Shown here: piece after piece, positions 52,350 to 64,000 of the stretch
Numbering within the stretch: position 1 is the first letter of the stretch
How the letters are laid out: each line of letters starts with the position of its first letter
NCBI GenBank assembly: GCA_951406725.2
Contig: OX597815.1
Coordinates: 156,736,001-156,800,000, forward strand
Direction of reading: 5' to 3'
DNA length: 64,000 nucleotides
DNA from: Octopus vulgaris
Taxonomy: Eukaryota
Translations under genes and position numbers: made by a program
The notes under the pieces: generated by a model
What the model saw: only the letters and a program-made list of their open reading frames with translations
What the model was told of the DNA's origin: nothing
The model's database searches: none

Positions 52350-52890
52350 TATATAAAATCCGTTCTGTCTGTGTGTGTGTGTGTGTCTTCTAGGAACTCA
52401 GGCATCCTCTATCCGATTGACTCAAATTTGATATGTAGATACCGACGGTATCAGGACGAGTAGAAGTCTTGAAAAAATTACAAAAATCCATTCCAGGTGA
52501 GAATGCGATCGATAAAGCTGTTGGAACGTGCATTTGTGCGCGCAAGTACATCAGCTGTTGCGACCGATACTACGCGTACGTGAGAAAAATGCATGTGCAG
52601 TTTGCGCAAAAAAAGCCGTCTGGCTTGAAATAATGCCACAACATGCAGTATACTTAAGAGACCAAAAATATAAGATGCAAAAGTGATATTTTCTTCAAAC
52701 TTGGCATGAAGGAAGGAAAGACTATTTGGTTTCTGAAGAAGTTTTTTTTTTTGCCGTAACTTTGTTTAACAAAACCAAAAATTTTATTGAAATAAAGGCA
52801 TGCTTAATTATTTTTAATGAAAAGAAAACACTGATGGCTTGTTATTGAGCAGATATGATTCAGCACCGTCCATTGGATGGGGGGGGGAGC
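52345..52890 (+). mobile_element. Probable non-autonomous Helitron-like element 5' part
   Basis: TATATAAAATCCGTTCTGTCTGTGTG..CCGATTGACTCAAATTTG resembles the 5' ends of short invertebrate Helitrons. The 3' end is not identified. Confidence 0.4.
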
Positions 52891-52896
52891 GTTTTC

Positions 52897-52941
<45 letters not shown>

Positions 52942-52944
<3 letters not shown>

Positions 52945-53139
52945 AAGAGTTTACGAAAAAAAAAAACACGAAGACAGGTGGTGTACAAAACAAACAGATC
53001 TATTAGTATAACGCTCAGGAATAGAAAAAGTCTCTTACTTTTCGAGCCTACGCTCTTCTACAGAAAGGGACACAGAAAAAGCAAGGAGAGAGACAAGGAG
53101 AGAAACAAATGAGTGTAGTGGCTAACGATCTATCATGGC

Positions 53140-53142
<3 letters not shown>
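52942..53142 (-). mobile_element. Small (TA)n-embedded repeat with a degenerate HHR-like motif
   Basis: Minus strand GTAGAAGAGCGTAGGCTCGAAAAGTA. A partial second copy lies at 63016-63130 (shared CGAAGACAGGTGGTGTA..AAACAGAT..TAACGCTC). Confidence 0.5.
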
Positions 53143-53186
<44 letters not shown>

Positions 53187-53314
53187 CATATACATATATA
53201 GCAGTTACTTCAATGTTTCGCTTTGCCGATTCCTTTTACAGAGGCACAGGTACTTTTGAAATTTAAAAGTAAATGTCCTATTTCAGAGATAGAAGACAGA
53301 TAGACAGAGAGAGA

Positions 53315-53316
<2 letters not shown>

Positions 53317-53352
<36 letters not shown>

Positions 53353-53565
53353 ATAAAAAGAAGAAAAAAAATCAAAAAAAAAAAAAAATAAAAAAAAAAA
53401 AAAAAAAAAAAAAAACAAAAAAGAAGAAGAAAAAAAAAAAAGGCACAAAGCAAAAAGGGGGAGGGGAAGAAGATCGAAACGCAAGTGGCACTTAAAAAAA
53501 GAAAAAGGCAAAAAAAAAAGGAAAAAAAAAAAAAAAAAAAAAAAACAGAAAAAAAAAAAAAAAAA

Positions 53566-53645
<80 letters not shown>

Positions 53646-53782
53646 AAAAAGAAAGAAAAAAAAGCAAGAAACACAGAAAACACAATGAAACAAAAAAAAA
53701 ACAATAACACAACAACACAACTGCAAAGAAAGAAATTACAATGCACAAAAAAAAAAAAAAAAAAAATCAAAAAACAAAAAGC
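53317..53782. repeat. Long interrupted poly-A tract (possible assembly artefact)
   Basis: About 460 nt that are mostly A. Confidence 0.9.
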
Positions 53783-53980
53783 GAATCTCAGAAATGTTGG
53801 ACTCATGTTTTTAAAGCCCCAGAGAATGTAACCACTTAACAATCTTTTCAAAACTTTGAAACGAAAATATAGAAGTTGCCTTGGAGATGAAGTTGTGAAT
53901 ATATTTATGCACAAACATTATCTCAGTTACTCTCCATCTCATCGTTCTTCTCGCTCTATTTCAATTTCTCATATATATAT

Positions 53981-54165
53981 AGGCACGTGCCTTAGTGGCT
54001 AGGGTATTCGGCTCGTGAGTTCAGTTCCAGGCGATGTGTGTGTCCTTGAGCAAGACACTTTATTTCACGTCAATTTCACTTTTTGCACGTTAATTTCACG
54101 AACAAGCTGTTCCGTTGATCGGATCAAATAGAACCTTCGTCGTCGTAACCGACGAAGTTCCAATT
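53981..54165 (+). mobile_element. Deleted family-C-like SINE
   Basis: GGCACGTGCCTTAGTGGCTAGGG..GTGTCCTTGAGCAAGACACTTTATTTCACG. Confidence 0.65.
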
Positions 54166-54172
54166 ATTTTAG

Positions 54173-54237
<65 letters not shown>

Positions 54238-54286
54238 TATGTATGTATATATATAATGCTTCTCATACGGATTTATGATTTAATGA

Positions 54287-54331
<45 letters not shown>

Positions 54332-54377
54332 TATATGTATGTATGTATGTATGTATCTATGTTTGCATGAATGTATG

Positions 54378-56262
54378 ATTCTTCTATTTTTTTTAATTAT
54401 TATAAATCTTCCACTGAGGAGGGACCCGGTTTCCAACGCAAGTACAAAGCTCCATCTTTGGGATGCAGTTAACACAGACAAATTCACATTTGGAACGTGA
54501 GAAAAGTCTTGCATATTTTTTTACTGTTCCACTCACAGATTACACTTGTAATATACAAATTAGCTGGTCGATTTCTGTCTCTGAAAATCCCAGCTTACCC
54601 AGAGTCTCTTTTAAGCATTTACTAACAAATCCTAGTGCTCCAATTATTATTGGTATGAGTATGAATTCATAGTCTGGATATAGAAGCTGGGGGTTTCGAA
54701 GTGGTTGTCCACAGATATCCACTTTTTCTTCTATTTTCAAAGAGATTCTTATATATGCAGGGCAGCTGACTTCAATGATGATACATACCTTTGTCCCTGT
54801 AACCCAAACACAATATCCGGTCTGTTATGTTTACATTTGGCAGACATTTTGAGAGGAACATTCCACCAGTATTCCTTGAGTTGGTGTTTATGAATGTATT
54901 CCATAACAGAGGGATTTTCTAAGTTTATTTCAGGACAGTCTTTTTTGCGGACAGCATTGTAAATTGTTTTAGCAACAATATCGTGGCGCAGGGAGGTAGT
55001 ACCGTGACGACATTTTAGGACAGCTGCTAACCACATGTATGATGTCTTCCACAGAAACATGACATAGCGTACACATTCGATTGCACCTTGGAATTACAAG
55101 AGTATCAGTGTCTCTCTTGTTCACCAGGTACTTTGTGACAATCCCCCGTTCCTGGATTGCAAACGCATAGCCTCAAAGTGTGATGCGATTTAGTGGTCTT
55201 GTGTCCAAGAAAGGCTGCGCTTCCTGTCAAATCTACTGTCTTTTTCAAGCTTCCGGGCAACGTACCCATGCATAGTCTTTATTTCTGTCTGCTGTGTGCT
55301 TTCCATCGAGATCTTCTCTGGGGTAAGAGAGCCCAGCTGTTTTAGTGCTGTATAGGAGATTATCAGGAAGAGAGTGCTTCTTGAGGAGCTCATTGCCAAC
55401 TTGTACAATGTTGCTCACATCACTTTTCAGCTCTGCATTTCTATATTTACTTTTGTTGCTGTTGTTTAGCAGGTGCTGCCTGAGTGACACCATACGTTAT
55501 TCGAAGGGCGTCTGCGCTGATCTCAGGCCTCTACCACCTTCATTTCTTCTTAGGTAGAGTCTGTCAAGGTCACTATTTCTGTGGAGGTTTCCAGTTGTTG
55601 TCAGGATTTTGCGGATTTTGATATCTATTGAGTGGGTTTCCTTTACAGACTAATCAAACATCCTAAATGTTTGGATCAGTGCTGGTACTGCAAATGCATT
55701 GTGGGATATTATTTTGTTGTAAGAGAGTTGCGACTGCCATATAAGTCTGCCATAAACCTGGTGTAATATTCTCGGGTCACTCTATCTTTATTCACAATGC
55801 CTTCATATGATACATTTTCGTCTATGCCTAAGTGCTAGTAACATTCTTTGTGTCGAATGGGGAAGATAGAGAGATGCACAGGTTTTGGGTTTAGAGGACT
55901 GTCCCTCCTCGCTCTATAACTAAATATTAACATTTCTTTTGGCCAAATTCCATGCCTATATCAGTTGAAAATGCTATTAATTCCAGTTGTTTACTGACAT
56001 TGTTAAATTTTCAGGACGTCTGCAAAGAAATGATGAGTTACATTGATATTTCTAGCAGTTGAAGATCCTAGCATGTAACCATTTCTTTTCTGCAGTAGGA
56101 ACGATAATGGATTCAGTGCCAAAATGAAAAGAAGTATAGAAAGACTATTTCCCTGGAATATTCCCTTTGAAATGCCTATACTATCAGAAACAATTATTCT
56201 GTTCTCAGTTGTAAGGGTAAGAATTGTTACCCATGTCTTTGTGAGTGTCTCTATAGCAGCAT
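54378..56262 (-). mobile_element. 1.9-kb 5'-truncated R4/Dong-like LINE: RT, thumb, CCHC-like region and RLE endonuclease (disrupted)
   Basis: KGIFQGNSLSILLFILALNPL, HHFFAD, RHDIVAKTIYNA, KHNRPDIV, IPIIIGALG, with frameshifts and stops. (TATG)n flanks both sides. Confidence 0.92.
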
Positions 56263-56945
56263 GCATGTATGTATGTATGTATGTATGTATGTATGTATGT
56301 ATGTATGTATGTATGTATGTACGTACGTATGTATGTATGTATGTATGTATGTATGTGTGGGTATTATGTATGTACGTACGTACGTACGTATGTATGTACG
56401 TACGTACGTATGTATGTACGTACGTACGTACGTATGTATGTATGCATGTATGTATGTATGAGTGTGTATGTATGTATGTGTATGTATGTATGTGTGTGTA
56501 TGTATGCATGTATGCATGTATGTATGTATGTATGTATGTATGTATGTGTGTGTATATATGTATGTACGTATGCATGTATGTATGCATGTATGTATGTATG
56601 TATGTATGTATGTACGTACGTATGTATGTATGTATGTATGTATGTATGTATGTGTGGGTGGGTATTATGTATGTACGTACGTATGTACGTATGTATGTAC
56701 GTACGTACGTACGTATGTATGTATGTATGCATGTATGTATGTATGTGTGTGTATGTATGTATGTGTATGTATGTATGTGTGTGTATGTATGTATGTATGC
56801 ATGTATGTATGTATGTGTGTATGTATGTATGTGTGTGTATATATGTATGTACGTATGCATGTATGTATGCATGTATGTATGTATGTATGTATGTATGTAT
56901 GTATGTATGCATGCATGTATGTATGTATGTATGCATGTATGCGCA
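56263..56945. repeat. ~680-bp (TATG)n/(TACG)n satellite with an internal ~290-bp higher-order duplication
   Basis: Rare variants GTGGGTATTATG and ATATATGTATGTACGTATGCATG each occur twice, about 290-300 bp apart. Confidence 0.9.
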
Positions 56946-57067
56946 CGCGCCTATGTGTGTGCGCGTTAAGTTTGATTCTCGAATCTTGGCTGAAAATATC
57001 AAAATATTTGGCTGAAGATTCCTTTTGCATCTTTGCCATTGCGTTTGCAGGTGCAATTTTTTTGATA

Positions 57068-57161
<94 letters not shown>

Positions 57162-57243
57162 GGAGAGAGAGAGAGACAGAGAGACAGAGAGACAGAGAGA
57201 GAGAGAGAGAGACAGATAGAGACAGAGAGAGATGGATAAATAA

Positions 57244-57317
<74 letters not shown>

Positions 57318-57366
57318 GGATAGATAGATGGATAAGTAGGCATGTAGGTAGGTAGGTAGGTAGGTA
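57068..57366. repeat. (GATA)n/(GA)n/(TAGG)n compound microsatellite
   Basis: Directly visible. Confidence 0.95.
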
Positions 57367-58446
57367 GTGTACTGGCACGTTTGAAGTATTGAGAAATTTT
57401 AAGTCTTTATGAAGCAGTGCATTTGCAAATGATGTGATAATTAAAAACTCATAATATATCGGACAAAATTACCGATAGATGAATAAACGTGGACAGCATC
57501 GCCTGCGGATACCCAACGACATCTTTACTGTATGTAGCGAAAGTACATTTCCCTGATTGTCGTGTGTTGTTATTTTAGAGTGCGTGGCGTATCAAAATCT
57601 TCCTGACCGAATTTAATCGTTCTATCAATTTAAGATAGTGTCATATGATCCGAACGTAGAGCACGTATGCTTTCACTTTTGAGTTGTAACTGTGTACAGA
57701 TGTAGACCTGTACCAACCAATAGTTTTTCAGATTCTTCGCAACTTATCACTTCTGTTCAAATTCATGCTTTTACATTTCAATTCAAGCTTCAGATACACT
57801 TCCCGCATGCAACCTTAAAATAACCCCGCCAAAATATAACCGTATATGTCGAAATAGACATCTATGTAACATAATTAACGTATATACACCATTAACATGT
57901 ATCTTGTCTTAGATGTGTTGCATTAAAACTATATATAAATCAGAGTGTGTAGATTTAGTTTTTAGTATTTGACGGCCGGGTATAACGTCACTTACAAACC
58001 ACATGAAGTCGGAGATGCATCTGACGTTCATATATTTTGTATTAACACGTCCCCTACTATGAAAAACTCAGACAAAAACAACGGTATCATACATGTCAGT
58101 GGCGTACATGCGTTAAATATGATACATAGATAGCTATTTTGATTTATTGCTGTTTCAATTGCTTACATCGATATGTGTGTGGGAGTCTGTGGGTGAGTGT
58201 ATACGCAATAATTTTTATACTGAGATATATACTGAAATATACAATTATATATGTGCGTATATGTTAGTGAGAAATGGCCTATAGGAGGTTTCTTTGGATT
58301 ACTAATCCTTATACATTGTAGTAATTTCAGAATTAATCTACCTAGGAAAGTTAGCTATTATCCTTTTAGGTAAGGAAAGAAATTATTTCGAAGACGTACT
58401 GCGAAGGAAACCTTTTATGCGCGAGAAGTAAATTACTTCCACTAAC

Positions 58447-58523
58447 GTGTGTGTCTGTATGTGTGTGTGTGCGTGCTTGCGTGTGTTTGTGTGTGTGTGT
58501 GCGTGTATTTGTGTACGGGTGTG

Positions 58524-58603
<80 letters not shown>
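58447..58603. repeat. (TG)n microsatellite
   Basis: Directly visible. Confidence 0.95.
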
Positions 58604-58605
<2 letters not shown>

Positions 58606-58679
58606 TCAAGAATGGTTCCAAGATATATCTTTTGGATGCTCTTGGTTGCAACATCTGTGATACTCATATGGTCTTAGTT

Positions 58680-59600
58680 GGTTTCAACAACTAACTTCCA
58701 GTTGTCTTGAGACAACCGGTGTTAAGCCCCTGCTTGCAACCCAATGGCACCATGCTACGAGTCAGTCCTCTTTATTTAAAGCCCTCAACTAGCTACTTCT
58801 GTGGTGTGTGTCAACCAACTCTGCCGTGCCAGTGACTCAATGCCAGTCTAGGCATCTTTTATCAGAGTGATAGCCGCACAAAACCTTGGCAGCTTACTTC
58901 AAATGACTCGCAATATACTGTTGTTTCTAGACTCTTGTTCCAGCTGTTGTTATGTAATATGATTTCTCATGGTTTTCCTGTATGTATTCTCAGTGCAGAG
59001 TAAATCCCCACATGATGCCCTGCTTCTTGTGACTGTGTTGAAGTGGAATACCATCGGTATGAATTGTTCTGAGAATATTGTTTAACAATTTCCATACTCA
59101 ACTGGAAGGTAAGGTCTGTGGAAAGTAGTTACCATTTTTCATGCTCCAGTGAAAAGTAGCTTTCTCCAGCTTTGTGAAAAGTTATGGCTCCCTTTTCCAT
59201 GTAGAGTTCACTAAATGGAATAGCTTGTGACCACGACTGCAACTACCTAAAGCACCTGGTAATGTCACGATAATCTAGGAGTCTAGGACAATTGCTGTAT
59301 TGGTAAAGAGATCCTCTTCCTGTATACGAGGTATACGACGGCACTTCGGTTAGGTTCCATGTTTGAAGGTTTACCGGACATGTTAAGATATCTGACAGCC
59401 TGAATCAAGAGTTTGAATCGTTCGATGCCAGAGAGATCTGTAGATTAACTCAACTTGCCCAGATTTCTGTATTTCGTTTTGGCTTAGTCCTACTACCTTG
59501 CAATCTCGTACTTCCTCTACACCTACTTGAACGTTTTGGAGATGTTATTCCTTTCTTTTGTTGTTTATCAATCTGGGAAGTAGGTAAGCAGCACACTCTT
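58680..59600 (-). mobile_element. Possible very old APE-endonuclease LINE remnant
   Basis: KVVGLSQNEIQKSGQVEL and NG*LLSTDL..MEIVKQYSQNNSYRWYS loosely resemble APE motifs (GLSET..GSG; NG..L....TW.S). Confidence 0.3.
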
Positions 59601-59978
59601 AAACGCCACTAGCCTTCTGCTTCAACAATCTCTCTCTCCACCCGTAATTATCTATCAGCACTCAACTTTCAACCTGCGTGGACTTCAATGATAGCTGCTG
59701 CTAACTTAATATCTCTGTAGTTTCTGTATGGCATCTCTTTTTTGTGTCACTAAACAATTCCGAGAGGACAATAAAGGTGTTTGTAAGGATCCATAGAGTA
59801 AGGTGGGTAAAAGTATATGCATATGTTCATATACATATATGTGTGTATGTTTATGTGTGTGTATGTGTGTGTATGTGTGTGTGTGTGCGTGTGTACATAC
59901 GAATATACATGAACTCATACATTCTCTTGCATATAATTTAATATGTCTCTACAGAACATGGCATTACCATTTATTAAC

Positions 59979-60032
<54 letters not shown>

Positions 60033-60838
60033 ACACAACAAATATACATTCACACAGAACATGGCATTACCATTTATTAACTACTATATATATATATCGG
60101 TACACAACAAATATACATTCACAAGAATGCATTCATACTTGTGTATATTCATTCATACACTGCAGTTTATACGCTGTAAAGACCATAGAGTAGAAATATG
60201 ATATCATAAAGTAAACAAATTCAATTACATTGTTCATTCCTTGCGTACGTTCAGTAATAATTATTACACAGTGAGTTGTATGAAGTCATCCCAATATCAC
60301 GTTCTTAGAAGAGAATTATTTAATAATGTGACATGCTACACAATATTTACACTAACAAGAAATCGAAGACCTGTAAGCTGATCAAAGACTAATGTTAAAG
60401 TTTATTTTGCAGCCATCTAATATCTCAGATATCTAATGCATCACAGACTGTCATTGACAAAGATGAAGTATTTTCATGGTTGTGTAAAAAGAATTTGAAT
60501 CCAGTTGAGAGGAGTTCATGTACTAGTTAAGGTAAAGAGGTATAAAACTTCAAAGATAAATGGAATAATTAGCATCAAATGCTAACATTAATCCAAGGAA
60601 TATATAGACACATGTGCTGGACCTTTCGTATAAATATATGTCGACATTATTTATGCACGCACATATACATACAAATATATATTGACACATACAGACACAA
60701 AGGAACGCAGAAAAACCTACTTATAAATATAGTGATACGTGTATTTATACTGAAAGATATAGAGAAATATTTATAGGCATGAGTGTGCATATCCAGTTAT
60801 ACTGCAGACATATGTTTTTGGCAAGTAAATGTCGATAT

Positions 60839-61095
60839 GTGGAGGTGCAATGGCCCAGTGGTTAGGGCAGCGGATCGCAGTCGTAGGATCGCGGTTTCGA
60901 TTCCCAGACCGGGCATTATGAGTTTTATTATTGAGCGAAAACACCTAAAGCTTTCTTTCACTCTTTCTTCTGTTGGCCTGCTTGCTTAGCCAGTGGGGTG
61001 GCATCATATGAAGGCTAAAACAATGCGAAGTGCATTGTGACCAACGATGTGTAGCAACATCTGATAGCCTGGTCGGTCACGGTGATCACTGTGAT
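60839..61095 (+). mobile_element. Family-C tRNA-derived SINE
   Basis: TGGCCCAGTGGTTAGGG (A box) and GGTTTCGATTCC (B box). Perfect 10-bp TSD ATGTCGATAT at 60829-60838 and 61096-61105. Confidence 0.9.
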
Positions 61096-61210
61096 ATGTC
61101 GATATATTCCTTAGCAATACACTTTTCGTTTGATGGTTATTATCTTCAATTTTGAAATCCAGTATAATTAATGTTTTGTTTTTCTTGTTATTTAATTATT
61201 GTATCATTTA

Positions 61211-61410
61211 AGACAGCGAGCTAGCAGCATTTTTACCGTACCCGACAAACAGGTTAGAGCATTTCTTCCGGCTGTTCATGCTCTGACCTCAAATCGTGTC
61301 GAAGCTGACTTTGCCTTTCATCCTTTTCAGGTCGATTAAATAAAGGACCAGTTAAGCATTAGGGGCAATGGAATCGACTTCAGCCTCGTCAGTATTGCCA
61401 AAGTTTGTAG
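61211..61410 (+). mobile_element. Diverged family-A SINE
   Basis: GACAGCGAGCTAGCAG..GACTTTGCCTTTCATCC..GTCGATTAAATAAAG. Confidence 0.75.
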
Positions 61411-61859
61411 CCATCTAATCATTGTATCATCTATATTCATACATACAAAATATATACATACACATTATATACAAACATATACATATACATACACATAAGG
61501 AATTACAGCTCACTCCCATATGTATACCCACACACGTTTCCATGGAGACATAATGCATACTGCTGAAAAGAGATTGTCGCACTACAGGGAACTGCTGCAG
61601 GAATCAACCGTCCAGCGAATGTGCATAGATCGTCAAGAGAGGGGAAAGAAGGGGAACATCTAGGACAATGAAGAAATACTGAGAGGTTATATTCACACTA
61701 TAGATATTCATTTTCGCGTATTAACGCCGGTACAACCAGATATGTAAGACAGATTTCTTTGAAAACCAAGAAATGCTGTGGCTTACAAAGAAGAGAGAGA
61801 GAGAAACAGACTGAGAGAGAGAGAGAAGCAGGCATACAGACAGACAGAGCTACAGTCAC

Positions 61860-61893
<34 letters not shown>

Positions 61894-62307
61894 CAGACCG
61901 ATTCGCATTCTCTGAATACAATCTATGACATTGCGGAAACTGAATATTCATTCCAAGGAGGCTTCATTTGAGTTACTTCTAATGCACATAGTCTCGTGTG
62001 TATGCAGAGTCTGTGGACGCACATATATAGAAACACTCACAAACAGCGATGAAATACATGCATTTGCATAGCGACGAAATATGCATATCCACAGCAGGAG
62101 TGCAGGTTCATCCAAACCCACACACATGCACACACTAATTCCCATATCCAGAAATCAAGAGTTGTCTTAGTACAAACATAAACAAGAGCCTTTACACTTC
62201 GTTAACGATCTGCTCGAATCCTGCAAAGAAAAATCTTAGAACCTGAATACTTACTCATACACACACACACACACACACACACACCGTCACACACACACAT
62301 ATGTGTA

Positions 62308-62351
<44 letters not shown>

Positions 62352-62354
<3 letters not shown>

Positions 62355-62702
62355 ATAGTTCTAAGTCTCTCTAAAGGAGACTACAGCAGCGGTACTGGAT
62401 ATTAGTAGTTATCGCAAAGCTAACATGGCAGTCCAGAAAAATAGGACGAATGCTGCAATTCATTAGCTCCAAGAGGCCATCGCCTCTAGCTAGCTATATG
62501 ACACACGAAACCTGTGCCCATTATAACCTTCGAACAGGGGAGGTCAGCAGCTTCCCCTTGGTGGTCTGGCAACCACAGACTAGTTCCAGGGTATTTGCCC
62601 CTTATCAATGTAGAGCAGCCGAACCCAGCATGCGACGCTACTGCCCGTCTGTTCGAAGGATTATTTACGTAAGATTCAGTGGAATACATCCACTGGTTTT
62701 CA
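62352..62702 (-). mobile_element. (TA)n-embedded Penelope-type remnant with a degenerate HHR
   Basis: Minus strand ACA-UUGAUAA-GGGGCAAAUACCCU-GGAA-CUAG-UC-UGU at 62575-62611. (TA)n flanks both sides. Confidence 0.5.
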
Positions 62703-62725
62703 TATATATATATATATATATATAT

Positions 62726-62957
62726 ATTGATAAAAATGGTAAGACAACAAAGAAAGAAAGACACCTCGATATTATCTAAATAGAGGAATTTATCTGTAAA
62801 TGTAATATGTGACAATTATTCGGTAGCCATGATAAAACTCTGAGTTTCGGATGTCGATGGACGGATAACTGAAGAGATGGCGGCGTGGATTTCCACCCCG
62901 ACATCCGAAACTCGGAGTTTTATCATGGCTACCGAATACTTGTCACATATTACATTT

Positions 62958-62960
<3 letters not shown>
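62726..62960. mobile_element. Microsatellite-embedded Penelope-type element with a 62-bp inverted repeat
   Basis: 62795-62856 matches the reverse complement of 62899-62960 at 60/62 positions. Confidence 0.7.
62864..62924 (+). ncRNA. Type I hammerhead ribozyme motif
   Basis: GAUAA-CUGAAGA-GAUGGCGGCGUGGAUUUCCACCCCGACAUCC-GAAA-CUCGGAG-UU-UUAUC: 5-bp stem I, long stem II, self-complementary stem III. Confidence 0.7.
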
Positions 62961-63018
<58 letters not shown>

Positions 63019-63160
63019 TGGGGATGAATCACAAAAAAAACAAAGGACGAAGACAGGTGGTGTAGACAATAAACAGATGTATCAGTTTAACGCTCGGGAA
63101 ATGTATAAATTTTTAAAGTTTCGAGCAAGCACACAAGTAAATATCAATGCGTGTACATAC

Positions 63161-63288
<128 letters not shown>

Positions 63289-63704
63289 TCATTTTGATCA
63301 TTGACCTATATTTTCATGGCGCCCTGAAAATCTGATGCAGTCACACTCTCGGTGTCATGTTATAAGGTGTGTCTATGACAACTAGACTTGGCGGGGCTCT
63401 CTTTCTCCAGATCTGCTTAACCAATTATTTCCTGATAAACGGGAATTGGATAGAAGAAGAATTGGCTCCTTTAATAGACTGATATTTTATTCATCAATCG
63501 CCGAATATATGATTGGCAGAAGAAGCAGATCTAAGATGTATGTCATGAATCGCAATGGAGTCACTGCATAAGACATAGGTATGAACAGTGATGCACAGAT
63601 GAACTTGAAAATACCGGTGGGCTTCTTCATAATTTCCCCGGGAAAAGCTATGTTGGAAAACTTTTATCTAAGCTATAGTGCAATGCGATCTAACCCAGAA
63701 CCAC

Positions 63705-64000
63705 TCTCTTTACTCTTTTACTATTTTCAGTCATGTATATGTGGCCATACTGGAGCACCGCCTTTAGTCGAGCAAATCGACCACAGGACGTATTCTTTGT
63801 AAGCCTAGTACTTATCATATCGGTCTGTTTTGCTGAACCCCTAAGTTACGGAGACTTAAACACACCAGCATCGGTTGTCAAGCGATGTTGGGGGGGGGGG
63901 GACAAACACAGACACACAAATATATACACACACATACACATATATATACGACGGACTTCTTTCAGTTTCCGCCTACCAAATTCACTCACAATGCTTTGGT
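63705..64000 (-). mobile_element. Family-B SINE, running off the window end
   Basis: Reverse complement of 20680-20990 (CTGGAGCACCGCCTTTAGTCGAGCAAATCGACC..GCCTAGTACTTAT..CAGTTTCCGCCTACCAAA). Confidence 0.9.

Noticed and set aside
53278-53914. Poly-Phe/poly-Lys ORFs
   Set aside because: They derive from the poly-A tract.
56003-57378. Longest ORFs in the track (230-289 aa; YIHT, MYVC and YLSI repeats)
   Set aside because: They are translations of (TATG)n/(GATA)n microsatellites. Only the last ~70 aa of 56003-56872 is real, and it belongs to the LINE RT.
60839-60915. Possible tRNA gene
   Set aside because: The A/B boxes are followed by a SINE body and bounded by a 10-bp TSD, so it is a SINE head without a proper acceptor stem.

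Overview
This is AT-rich, repeat-dominated eukaryotic (animal) genomic DNA in which I recognise no host protein-coding gene. It looks like a long intron or an intergenic region. The three tRNA-headed SINE families and the very dense (TA)n/(GATA)n/(TATG)n/(AAT)n microsatellites resemble octopus (coleoid cephalopod) genomes; this is an inference from recalled repeat families, not from a search. Nearly all long ORFs in the supplied track are microsatellite translations. The coding remnants I can support all belong to transposable elements: five Tc1/mariner copies (one with perfect 27-bp TIRs), several R4/Dong-like restriction-endonuclease (RLE) LINE fragments inside microsatellites, RTE- and CR1-type LINE fragments, a Penelope-like GIY-YIG endonuclease remnant and a possible gypsy relic. 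The most interesting signal is non-coding: at least four minimal hammerhead-ribozyme (HHR) folds, plus several degenerate ones, in short Penelope-type elements. These often lie inside inverted repeats embedded in microsatellites, and one is joined to a tRNA-like B-box head. The 49-54 kb part shows noisy local duplications and a ~460-nt poly-A-rich tract that may be assembly artefacts. SINE family labels A/B/C are my own, and boundaries of degenerate elements are approximate.
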